Below are positions 51,217 to 60,000 of a DNA stretch of 64,000 nt, piece after piece (positions within the stretch are counted from its first letter, which is position 1; the number at the start of each line of letters is the position of its first letter). Below the pieces are notes generated by a model. It did not search any database, was not told where the DNA came from, and saw nothing but the letters and a program-made list of their open reading frames with translations. Both the position numbers and the translations under genes were made by a program. The DNA is from an uncultured Pelagibacteraceae bacterium. Lineage in GTDB: Bacteria; Pseudomonadota; Alphaproteobacteria; Pelagibacterales; Pelagibacteraceae. The stretch spans positions 189,189 to 253,188 of the forward strand of contig CACMJX010000001.1 in the NCBI GenBank assembly GCA_902614055.1, in the 5' to 3' direction.

Positions 51217-52206
51217 TTATATTAGTCTAGCAAGATCTCTTTTACTATTTCTAAATGTTGGAAGTGGATATTTAAAAGCATACTTTCTTGGAATACATTT
51301 ATTCTTTGCCTTTTCCCACAAAGCAATCCATTGCTTATAGTTGTGGATAGTAATATTTTTTTTATTTTTACTTCTTACATAAAAATTGGGCAAAGGTTTC
51401 CTACCAGATGGGGTTCCAGCTCTATTGTATCTTAAATCAGCGCTAATTCTAAAATCATTGGATCTATTAGGCAATGAACAGTGAATGGAGTGTTTGTGCA
51501 AAATAATAATATCGCCAACATTAGCCTCCAGAAAAACTGGCTTGTAATTATTAAGTAGTTTACTATCTTTTATTTCTACCTGACCTCTATATCCTGATAT
51601 ATGATTCAATAGTCCCAATTTATTAATTTCTTTTACTGTAATCATGCATCCATTTTTTTTAGTAGTTTTAGTAAATGGAATCCAAACAGTTACCATATCA
51701 GTTAATCTTTGTCCCAACGATGATAATACTGCTGCATCCTGATGCCATGGAGTTCTGCCTGAGAGACCATCGTGAACAGAATGTTTAGGTAATTTATTTT
51801 CGGGTTGTTTAATTCTTGTATTTTGAACTGGATTTGAAAGAATTTCTGGCCCTAATAATTTTTCAACTACATCCAAGATTTTTTTGTGATTAATTAAATT
51901 CCATAAAGATTGAGATGCAAAATAATCACTATCTTTCTTCACGTGATCTCTTGGAAGTCTAGTATTAAAATATTGATCAAGATCATAAATTCTTAGTTTT
52001 GAAATGTATGTGTATTTTTTTCTAAAGCTATATTTAAAAATTTTTTCTTTCATATGCACAGGAGCAAATTTATGAACTAAATTGTCCATTACATATTCCA
52101 TGTCATTTAAAATTGGTTTTAAATCTTTGTTGAAATTAAGAACATTTCTTACTCTTAGGAAGCCATCTCTATCTAAAATACTCTTTAATTTACTCTTAAT
52201 TTGCAT
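51217..52206 (-). CDS. PhyH-family Fe(II)/2-oxoglutarate dioxygenase
   Basis: TPWHQD, WIPF....NGCM, GD....H...H.S.PNRS...R...DLRY. Confidence 0.88.
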   Translation of the reverse strand: MQIKSKLKSILDRDGFLRVRNVLNFNKDLKPILNDMEYVMDNLVHKFAPVHMKEKIFKYSFRKKYTYISKLRIYDLDQYFNTRLPRDHVKKDSDYFASQSLWNLINHKKILDVVEKLLGPEILSNPVQNTRIKQPENKLPKHSVHDGLSGRTPWHQDAAVLSSLGQRLTDMVTVWIPFTKTTKKNGCMITVKEINKLGLLNHISGYRGQVEIKDSKLLNNYKPVFLEANVGDIIILHKHSIHCSLPNRSNDFRISADLRYNRAGTPSGRKPLPNFYVRSKNKKNITIHNYKQWIALWEKAKNKCIPRKYAFKYPLPTFRNSKRDLARLI

Positions 52207-52211
52207 AGTTA

Positions 52212-53072
52212 TTAATATTTTAGCAAATAATTCGAATCATGAAAAGATGTAAGCATTCTTTTTTTCGTCGCAACAATATGTGGATGATATTCAAAATTTT
52301 TATATTTCCATATCACTGGCTTGTTAAGAGCATAACTTCCATAAATAAAAAATCTTTTTGGACAGTTTTTTTCCTTAAATCTATTTACTCCGTGATAAGA
52401 ATTTGGAGTAGATTTAAAGAAAATTACACTTCCCTGTTTTGGTGTGAATTCCTTTAATTTATCAAGTTCATTAATCTTAGGAAACCTTCTAAAGCTTTTT
52501 CTAAGGTTTTTGTTTACTTTTTTCTTATATAAAGTAAGTGATCCTCCATTTTTTTTTGGTATATTGGTTAAATAGATCAAAAAATTATATAGCCTATTCA
52601 CATCATCTCTATGTGGTCTCAATCTATATCCTCCTTTAGATACTGAGAAATCAATATCTAAATTTAAATTTGGGTTTTTATAATCTTTACCTAGTAGTTT
52701 TTTTAGCTCTTTGGAATTTACTTTTCTTTTTAGTGTATATTTTTTTTTATTAAATTTTTTTGGTTTAAACAAACTTTCCCAGGTATTTGCCTTAAATTCT
52801 GTTTTAAATTTTTTATCAATTTTTTTATAAAAGGATTTTGTATTGAAAGTAGCAAAAAGTTTTTTTGAGATTTTAGAACTTGAGATATATTTGTTGAAAT
52901 TTTTTGATCCTTTATTAATCCTGCTTCTGCCACCCATAATCATATCATCAAAACTTTTTGAATTAGTTATTTCTTCAATTAAAGAATTACACACTTTTTT
53001 ACTGATTATTTGTTCTCCAACAATAACCGGGAAGTTTGATTTAATTTTTTTTAGTTTACTAATTTTCAGCAT
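52212..53072 (-). CDS. Fe(II)/2-oxoglutarate oxygenase (prolyl-hydroxylase-like)
   Basis: H-x-D (PHRDD), LIYL, GGSL.L, SYHGV, distal R..IY. Confidence 0.8.
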   Translation of the reverse strand: MLKISKLKKIKSNFPVIVGEQIISKKVCNSLIEEITNSKSFDDMIMGGRSRINKGSKNFNKYISSSKISKKLFATFNTKSFYKKIDKKFKTEFKANTWESLFKPKKFNKKKYTLKRKVNSKELKKLLGKDYKNPNLNLDIDFSVSKGGYRLRPHRDDVNRLYNFLIYLTNIPKKNGGSLTLYKKKVNKNLRKSFRRFPKINELDKLKEFTPKQGSVIFFKSTPNSYHGVNRFKEKNCPKRFFIYGSYALNKPVIWKYKNFEYHPHIVATKKRMLTSFHDSNYLLKY

Positions 53073-54017
53073 TTAGCTGTACATGCCCTCTTTTACTTTA
53101 ATCATTTTGTACATAAGGTCATTTAATGGTGTGGCTATTCCATGTTTTTTTCCTATTTTAGACACGGCGCCACTTATGAAATCAATTTCAGTTTTTCTTT
53201 TATAAAGCACATCAAAAGCCATTGAAGACTTATTTGTTTGTTTTGAATCAACAATTTTATTAAACATAAATAAACACTCATCTTCAGAAACATTAACACC
53301 ATCTGCTAAAGCAACGTCTCTTGTTTCTAAAATTATCTCTTTACCTAAACTTCTAGAAACGTCGTTGGCATTATTATTTATGTAAAGATCGGTATGATGT
53401 AGATCAAAAATAGCTGAAAGTGGGCCTATTGCGGTTAAAGCAAAAAGTTTCATCCATTTTCTTTTTTTTACATCCTCAGCTGCAATCATTTCTAAATTAT
53501 GAGCAGTAAATGTGTCTGCAATTTCAGTTATTCTATCTGAAATCCCACCATCATATTCTCCAATCCAAGAGGGTAGAGCGGCATGATTCATAATATGACC
53601 AGGGCCTAAGATATTAGATGCTTGAGTTGTTGTCCCCCCAATTACTTTTTCATCGCCAACAATACTTTTAATTATAGCTTCATGTCCAATTCCATTTTGA
53701 AAAGACATAAAAACTGTTTTATCGTTAATAATGTTTTTAATACTTTTTAAGGCAGGCTCTAGAGCTGTTGCTTTACACATGACTATCACAGCATCAACTT
53801 TTCCAATTGTAGAGGGATCCGATGTTGCTGGTACTTTTATAAATCTATCACCACCATGACCATTCATCTTTAGACCATTTTTATTTATTTCATCAACATG
53901 CTCTTTCCAAACATCAATGAGCGTTACATTTAGACCTTTTTCTGCTAGTAAGCCTCCAAATAGACAACCCATTGCCCCTGCACCAAGAACTGCAACTTTT
54001 AGATCTTTATTATTCAT
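53073..54017 (-). CDS. Ketopantoate reductase (PanE/ApbA) family protein
   Basis: GAGAMG, CKA, QNGIG, W.KL, SSM..D....TEID.I.G. Confidence 0.85.
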   Translation of the reverse strand: MNNKDLKVAVLGAGAMGCLFGGLLAEKGLNVTLIDVWKEHVDEINKNGLKMNGHGGDRFIKVPATSDPSTIGKVDAVIVMCKATALEPALKSIKNIINDKTVFMSFQNGIGHEAIIKSIVGDEKVIGGTTTQASNILGPGHIMNHAALPSWIGEYDGGISDRITEIADTFTAHNLEMIAAEDVKKRKWMKLFALTAIGPLSAIFDLHHTDLYINNNANDVSRSLGKEIILETRDVALADGVNVSEDECLFMFNKIVDSKQTNKSSMAFDVLYKRKTEIDFISGAVSKIGKKHGIATPLNDLMYKMIKVKEGMYS

Positions 54018-54036
54018 TTTTAAAGTCGAAATATAT

Positions 54037-54069
54037 TTATGTAAAAAAATTATGCAATATATTATGTAA
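54037..54069. repeat. Three direct repeats TTATG(T/C)AA in the divergent panE-like/DUF1907 promoter region
   Basis: TTATGTAA at 54037, TTATGCAA at 54050, TTATGTAA at 54062. Confidence 0.4.
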
Positions 54070-54080
54070 CTAATTTATTT

Positions 54081-55049
54081 ATGGAATTAAAAATAGAAAA
54101 AGGAATTTTCAAAAAATTTAAGTTAGAAGAAATATCAAACGCATTAGAAAAAGGTCTGTCAAAGAATTATGACAGTGTAAAAGCAGAAGTAATTGATTGT
54201 CCAAATTTAAGAAACTGGGATTGTCCGTCTGAAGGCATGAGTGGTAACCAAAGGATAATCGATGTTGGAGGGGAGCCTTACATGCATGATCCTAAATATC
54301 TTGGAACAGAATTTGATTATTTTGAAATCTCTAAAATGATTGGATCAGAAAGATCGTACGCACTTGGCGCAGGATCTGGTGCAATGTCTTGCCTGGATGG
54401 ACACAGTGGAGAATTGGTTATAAATGAAAATTTTATTACAAAAGAAAATAAATCTTTAATTGCTAGGGTAGGAAAAGATAAAGAATGTATAGTAGAGGAC
54501 TATACTGCAAGCAAACATGGCGGGCTGGGTAATGTTTATTATTCAGATGGTGTTAAAGGAAAAGTTATATGTTTAAAGATAAAAAAAAGAATTGGAAAAC
54601 AAGGTTCATTACCTCAATCAATAAGAGCAGTACTTTCAGAAAATCTTAAAATTGGGAATAAAGATCATATTGCTCTTGCTGGTGTATTTAGAGTTTTGAA
54701 TGGAAAAATAAGATCACATGTACAACCAGATTATAAGGATATAAAACATGAATATTATGACCCACAATTGATGAAATGCACAAAAGATTTTCTACAATTT
54801 TATGAGCCTGTTGGACCAAAATTACAATGCTATACTGTTTTATGGACTGGTGATCCAACGGGAGGAGAATTAAATTTAAGAGAGTCCGGTGAGCATACTC
54901 ACTTTCACTCATATGAGCATAAGAATGATGCTGGACATTATCATTTTGACGTTTCACCAGATGAAATTGAATATGAAGGGTACTTTAATATTGCACAAGA
55001 AGTATATAGAGTGAATAATATCTATAAAGAATTAAAAAATATAAAATGA
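54081..55049 (+). CDS. DUF1907 / PTD012 (C11orf54-like) Zn-dependent protein
   Basis: N-terminal LEEI..ALEKGL..NY..V...VIDCPNL...G..RIIDVGG.PY and C-terminal EHTHFHS....GHYHFD..PD..EY.GYF resemble the recalled human C11orf54 motifs. Confidence 0.88.
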   Translation: MELKIEKGIFKKFKLEEISNALEKGLSKNYDSVKAEVIDCPNLRNWDCPSEGMSGNQRIIDVGGEPYMHDPKYLGTEFDYFEISKMIGSERSYALGAGSGAMSCLDGHSGELVINENFITKENKSLIARVGKDKECIVEDYTASKHGGLGNVYYSDGVKGKVICLKIKKRIGKQGSLPQSIRAVLSENLKIGNKDHIALAGVFRVLNGKIRSHVQPDYKDIKHEYYDPQLMKCTKDFLQFYEPVGPKLQCYTVLWTGDPTGGELNLRESGEHTHFHSYEHKNDAGHYHFDVSPDEIEYEGYFNIAQEVYRVNNIYKELKNIK

Positions 55050-55861
55050 AAAAGATTTATACTTGGGCCGCTCAACCTGCCAACAGAACACTTACAGTTG
55101 ATGATCTTAAAAAAGCTAAAGGAAAAAAAAAATTTACTCAAGTCACAGCTAATACAATAGATGAAGCTGAGGCCGCAGAGAAGGCTGGGTTTGACATGAT
55201 AATCTGCAATGCTTTTAATGTGAAACATGTGAGAGAGGGATCAAAAAATCTATTTTTAACTGCTGCGTTAGTATTAAATAAGTTTGTCACTTCGGAAGAT
55301 ATCATGAGAGGAGCGTTTGAAGCCCTAGAAAATGGAGCTGATGCTGTAATGACACCTAGAAGTATGAAGATAATAGAAATGCTGGCTAATGAGGATGTTC
55401 CAGTTATGGGACATCTTGGTTTAGTTCCAAGAAAATCTACTTGGATTGGTGGTTTAAGAGCAGTAGGAAAAAATAGTGAAGAGGCACATGAACTTTTTTT
55501 AAAATTTAAAAGTTTAGAAGATGCAGGAGCTTTTTCTGCCGAATGTGAGGTTATCCCAGAAAATGTAATGGGAGAAATCTCAAAAAGAACGAATATAGTT
55601 ACAGTATCTTTAGGTTCAGGAAAGAAAGCTGACGTAATGTATCTGTTCATGGAAGACATATGTGGAGATACTTTAAATCCTCCAAGACATTCAAAAGCTT
55701 ATGGAAATTTATTAAAATTAAAAAATGAAATAAAAGTTGAGAGAGTTCGAGCTCTTAAGGCATTCAAAAAAGATTCAATGGCAGGAAAATTTCCAGGAAA
55801 AAAACAATCTTCAAATTTAAATAAAAAAGAGTTCGAGTCTTTTCTTGATAAGCTTGATTAA
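55046..55861 (+). CDS. Divergent PanB-like (ketopantoate hydroxymethyltransferase fold) protein
   Basis: VPVMGHLGLVP, GG.RAVGK, LEDAGAF..ECEVIP, LGSG..AD retained; GDS, DMPF and K.EG motifs missing. Confidence 0.8.
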   Translation: MKKIYTWAAQPANRTLTVDDLKKAKGKKKFTQVTANTIDEAEAAEKAGFDMIICNAFNVKHVREGSKNLFLTAALVLNKFVTSEDIMRGAFEALENGADAVMTPRSMKIIEMLANEDVPVMGHLGLVPRKSTWIGGLRAVGKNSEEAHELFLKFKSLEDAGAFSAECEVIPENVMGEISKRTNIVTVSLGSGKKADVMYLFMEDICGDTLNPPRHSKAYGNLLKLKNEIKVERVRALKAFKKDSMAGKFPGKKQSSNLNKKEFESFLDKLD

Positions 55862-56649
55862 TAAGTTTCAGATTCTTTTTTGCTTATTGAGCCTTTCATT
55901 TTTTCAACAATTGCTTTAGCACCTGCGCTCATTGCTCTTTGATCTGCACCAATAGTTACAAAGTTAAAACCTTTATCGATCATTTTTTGTGCGTACTCTG
56001 GTGTTCCATTATGAATTCCTGCAAAGATATTATTTTTTTTGGCATGCTCTAATATTCTTAATATTTCTGAATAAGCTTTTGTATCTTCTGCTCTGTCAAA
56101 CCCAGGCTTTTCTCCTATTGCTAAACTTAAGTCAGCTGGACCAATATATATTCCATCTACGCCATCTGTTGACATAATCTCATCTAATTTATCTAATGAC
56201 TCTTTTGTTTCAATCATAGCTAATTTTAAAATTTCATCATTTGCATGGTCGGCATAATCAGCTCCACCATAAATCAATCCTCTAACAGGACCAAAACTTC
56301 TATATCCTCTTGGGGGATACATACAAGCTTGAACAAATCTTTCCGCCTCTTCTTTGTTACTTACCATTGGACATATAATTCCATAACAACCAGCGTCTAA
56401 AATTTTCATTATTTGGCCTGGTTCATTCCAATTTACTCTAGCAAGAGGAGTTACATCAGTTGATGAAATTGTTTGAAGCATAGGAAGTGCATTTGTGTAA
56501 TCAACAAGTCCATGTTGCATATCTACAGTTAGAGAGTCCCAACCTTGATGCGCCATAACTTCTGCTGATACAGTGCTTGGTATTTGTAACCAACCATTTA
56601 CAACAGGCTTACCATCAGCCATCATTTGTTTGACTTTATTTTTTCTCAT
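55858..56649 (-). CDS. HpcH/HpaI class II pyruvate aldolase
   Basis: VDMQHG, ARV, LDAG..GIICPMV, YPPRG.RSFGP, MIET, IGPADL. Confidence 0.92.
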   Translation of the reverse strand: MRKNKVKQMMADGKPVVNGWLQIPSTVSAEVMAHQGWDSLTVDMQHGLVDYTNALPMLQTISSTDVTPLARVNWNEPGQIMKILDAGCYGIICPMVSNKEEAERFVQACMYPPRGYRSFGPVRGLIYGGADYADHANDEILKLAMIETKESLDKLDEIMSTDGVDGIYIGPADLSLAIGEKPGFDRAEDTKAYSEILRILEHAKKNNIFAGIHNGTPEYAQKMIDKGFNFVTIGADQRAMSAGAKAIVEKMKGSISKKESETY

Positions 56650-58091
56650 TAATAATTGAGACCGAAGTGAGTGTACTTTACGTTCAAATAATCTTTGATA
56701 GCCATTGAACCACCTTCTCTTCCATAACCTGTTTGTTTTATTCCTCCAAAAGGTACTTCAGCAAATGCAATTGTTGGATGGTTCACTGCGCATGTTCCAG
56801 TTTCCATTTTTTCTGAGACTTTGTGTGCTTTTTCTAAAGAATTTGTGTAAATATAGCTTGCTAAACCAAGGTCATTGTCATTTGCTCTTTCCACAACTTC
56901 ATCTGTGTCTTTAAAAGTAAGCAATGGAACTAAAGGTCCAAAGGGCTCTTCTTTAGCAATTGTAAAATTATCTTTAACATTGTCAAAAACAGTTGGTTCA
57001 TAGAAATATCCTTTATTAAAACCAGCTGGTCTCTTCCCCCCACATAAAACCGTTGCTCCCTCACTTTTAGTTTTTTCTACTAATGCCTCTATTTCATTTA
57101 ATCTTTTTTCTGTAGTTAAAGGTCCTAGAATTGTATCTTCATCCATTCCGTTACCAACTTTCAGTTTAGTAACCTTTTCAACTAATTTTTTAGCAAATTC
57201 ATCTTTTTTACTTTCATGAATATAAAATCTTGCTGGTGATATACAAACTTGACCATTATTTCTAAATTTAGCAGTAATTGCCATGTCGGTTACCTTGTTA
57301 ATATCTACGTCGTCAAAAACAATGAAAGGTGAATGGCCACTTAATTCCATTGTAACTCTTTGGACTTTTTCAGCAGCTTGTTTTAAAATTAGTTTTCCAA
57401 CTCTTGTTGAACCAGTAATAGAAACTTTTTTCACTATATCAGATGATATTAATTGAGATGAGATTTTAGCTGGATCACCAGATAATAAATTTACTACTCC
57501 TGGAGGAACGCCCGCATCATTTATAATATTCATAAGTTCCATTACACTACCTGGAGTAATTACATCAGGCTTACAAATTACTGAGCATCCTGCAGCTAAA
57601 GCAGTGGAAATTTTTCTTGAGGATAAAACTATTGGAAAGTTCCATGGTATTAATCCAGCAACAACTCCAACAGGTTCATATTTTACATACATTCTTGTAT
57701 GTTCAAATCTACTTTCAACTATCTGACCATAAATTCTTTTTGTTTCCTCAGAGTTCCACTCAAAAATATCTGCAGCTCCTCCAACTTCCCCTTTTGCTTC
57801 TGATAGTGGCTTTCCAACTTCTAATGTTAACCACTTAGCCAAAACATCAGTTCTCTCTCTCATAAGATCGGCAATTTTTCTTATAATTTTTGATCTTTGC
57901 CAAGGTGGAGTATTTCTCCAAACTTCAAGACCTTTTTCTGCAGACTTAAGTGCTTTGTTTACATCTTCTTCACCTGCTTTAGATGCCTTACCTAAAACTT
58001 CTTCTGTTGCAGGATTTAAAACATCATAAGTTTCATTATTTTGTGATGCTTGCCATTTGCCATCAATGAATTGTCCAAATTTGCTATACAT
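56649..58091 (-). CDS. NAD(P)-dependent semialdehyde dehydrogenase (succinate/alpha-ketoglutarate semialdehyde type)
   Basis: PWNFP, TGST.VG, MEL.GH.P, KFRNNGQVCISP, EEPFGP, PFGG.K.TG.GREGG. Confidence 0.9.
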   Translation of the reverse strand: MYSKFGQFIDGKWQASQNNETYDVLNPATEEVLGKASKAGEEDVNKALKSAEKGLEVWRNTPPWQRSKIIRKIADLMRERTDVLAKWLTLEVGKPLSEAKGEVGGAADIFEWNSEETKRIYGQIVESRFEHTRMYVKYEPVGVVAGLIPWNFPIVLSSRKISTALAAGCSVICKPDVITPGSVMELMNIINDAGVPPGVVNLLSGDPAKISSQLISSDIVKKVSITGSTRVGKLILKQAAEKVQRVTMELSGHSPFIVFDDVDINKVTDMAITAKFRNNGQVCISPARFYIHESKKDEFAKKLVEKVTKLKVGNGMDEDTILGPLTTEKRLNEIEALVEKTKSEGATVLCGGKRPAGFNKGYFYEPTVFDNVKDNFTIAKEEPFGPLVPLLTFKDTDEVVERANDNDLGLASYIYTNSLEKAHKVSEKMETGTCAVNHPTIAFAEVPFGGIKQTGYGREGGSMAIKDYLNVKYTHFGLNY

Positions 58092-58146
58092 AATTTTTAT
58101 TTTGTGGTTTATTAGTTGAATATTTGAAGAGAATATAACTAGAAAA

Positions 58147-59991
58147 ATGAGAAAAATAAAGCTTACTTGCGCACATGCCTTAGTTAAACACTTAATTGCA
58201 CAGAAAATCTATATAGATGGTAAGGTTGAACCTTTATTCCCAGGAGCTTTTGGTATTTTTGGACATGGAAATGTAGCATGTATTGGGCAAGCTTTAGAGG
58301 AAAATAAAGATAAACTTCCAACATTTAGAGGTCATCATGAACAAAATATGGCTTTAACAGGCATTGCTTTTTCAAGAGCAAAAAGAAGAAAGCAAATTTT
58401 TATTGCAACAAGTTCGGTTGGACCAGGATCTACAAATCTAGTTACAGCATCAGCAGTAGCGATGAGTAATAGATTGCCAATTTTATTTTTACCTGGAGAT
58501 ACTTATGCAAATAGAATGCCAGATCCAGTTTTGCAACAGGTTGAACACTTTTCAAATCCAGGAATGACAGCTAACGACTCATTTAAACCAGTTACAAAAT
58601 ATTTTGATAGAATTACAAGACCAGAGCAAATATTACAGTCACTTCCTCAAGCAATTCAAACCATGTTAGATCCAGCAGATTGTGGTCCTGCGTGTTTATC
58701 TTTATGCCAAGATGTACAAGGAGAAACATTTGAATATCCCGAAGAATTCTTTAAAGAAAGAGTTCACAATATTAGAAGACCCAAGCCAGATGATTTTCAA
58801 ATTAAACAAGCTGTTGTAAGAATTAAGAATTCCAAAAACCCAATTATAATTTCAGGTGGAGGGGTATTTTATTCTGACGCCATGGAAGAGTTAAGCAATT
58901 TTGCAGTTAAACATAATATACCAGTAACTCAAACAGTTATGGGATACTCAACAATGAAAAGAGATCATTCTCATTTTGTAGGACCAATAGGAGGACTTGG
59001 AGGAAAGGCTGCAAATAATTTAGCTAAAGAAACTGATTTAGCAATTTGTATTGGTACAAAATTAGCTGACTTTACAACTGGATCATGGGCGAATTTTGAA
59101 AATCCTCAATTTAAGTTAGTTTCAATTAATATTGCTAGACATGATGCTAATAAACATTTAGCAGACGCAGTTATTGGAGATGCAAAAGTATCATTAATAG
59201 AATTATCAAATGCACTTGGAGATTGGAGATCATCTGATAATTGGCATAAAAAATCACAAGATGAGCTTAGGTCTTGGAATGAATATGTAGATAAAGAGAG
59301 TGGTCCAACTAATCAAGATTTACCAAGTTATGCTCACGCTGTTGGAGCAATTTATAGGAATTCAGATCCAACTGATATAGCTGTTACAGCAGCAGGAGGT
59401 TTGGTCGGAGAAGTTGTTCAAGTTTGGCGGCCAAAAGAGTTAAATACACATGAGACAGAGTGGGGATTTAGTTGCATGAGTTATGAAATTTCCGGTGCTC
59501 TTGGAATTAAAATGGCAAACCCAGATAAAGATGTCATTGCATTTGTAGGAGATGGTTCATATTTATTAAACAATTCAGACATATATTCTTCAGTATTAAC
59601 GAATAACAAATTAATAATTATCGTGTGTGATAATGGAGGTCATGCTGTTATAAATAGACTTCAATTGTTCAAGGGTGGAAAAGAATTTAATTGTTTATTT
59701 AATTCATCAAATGTTCAAGATTTAAAAGAAGTTAATTTTGCTCAACATGCTGCAAGTATGGGTGCAAAATCAGAACATGTTTCTAGTATTTCAGAATTAG
59801 AAGAAGCATTTAAAAGAGCTAAGCAGTCAGAAATCACTTATGTCATTTCAATCAAAACACATAGTTATGAATGGCTTGAGGGATCTGCTTATTGGGAAAG
59901 TCCTACGCTTGAAATACCAACATCAAAAGAAAATGAAGAAGCATTAAAACTCCATAAAGAAGGAAAATCAAAACAGAGACAAGGTGTTTAA
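58147..59991 (+). CDS. iolD: ThDP-dependent 3D-(3,5/4)-trihydroxycyclohexane-1,2-dione acylhydrolase
   Basis: FGIFGHGNV, PDPVLQQVE, YFDRITRPEQ, E.GFSCM.YEI.G, GDGSYL, INRLQ. Confidence 0.96.
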   Translation: MRKIKLTCAHALVKHLIAQKIYIDGKVEPLFPGAFGIFGHGNVACIGQALEENKDKLPTFRGHHEQNMALTGIAFSRAKRRKQIFIATSSVGPGSTNLVTASAVAMSNRLPILFLPGDTYANRMPDPVLQQVEHFSNPGMTANDSFKPVTKYFDRITRPEQILQSLPQAIQTMLDPADCGPACLSLCQDVQGETFEYPEEFFKERVHNIRRPKPDDFQIKQAVVRIKNSKNPIIISGGGVFYSDAMEELSNFAVKHNIPVTQTVMGYSTMKRDHSHFVGPIGGLGGKAANNLAKETDLAICIGTKLADFTTGSWANFENPQFKLVSINIARHDANKHLADAVIGDAKVSLIELSNALGDWRSSDNWHKKSQDELRSWNEYVDKESGPTNQDLPSYAHAVGAIYRNSDPTDIAVTAAGGLVGEVVQVWRPKELNTHETEWGFSCMSYEISGALGIKMANPDKDVIAFVGDGSYLLNNSDIYSSVLTNNKLIIIVCDNGGHAVINRLQLFKGGKEFNCLFNSSNVQDLKEVNFAQHAASMGAKSEHVSSISELEEAFKRAKQSEITYVISIKTHSYEWLEGSAYWESPTLEIPTSKENEEALKLHKEGKSKQRQGV

Positions 59992-60000
59992 AAACTTTTT

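Noticed and set aside
53073-55861. panE and panB as a pantothenate biosynthesis locus
   Set aside because: No panC or panD is adjacent, the PanB-like protein lacks its Mg-binding motifs and the context is catabolic, so gene symbols were withheld.
56649-58091. Calling the aldehyde dehydrogenase iolA/mmsA
   Set aside because: The active-site sequence KFRNNGQVCISP is SSADH/KGSADH-like, not the AG(E/Q)RCMA of methylmalonate-semialdehyde dehydrogenases.
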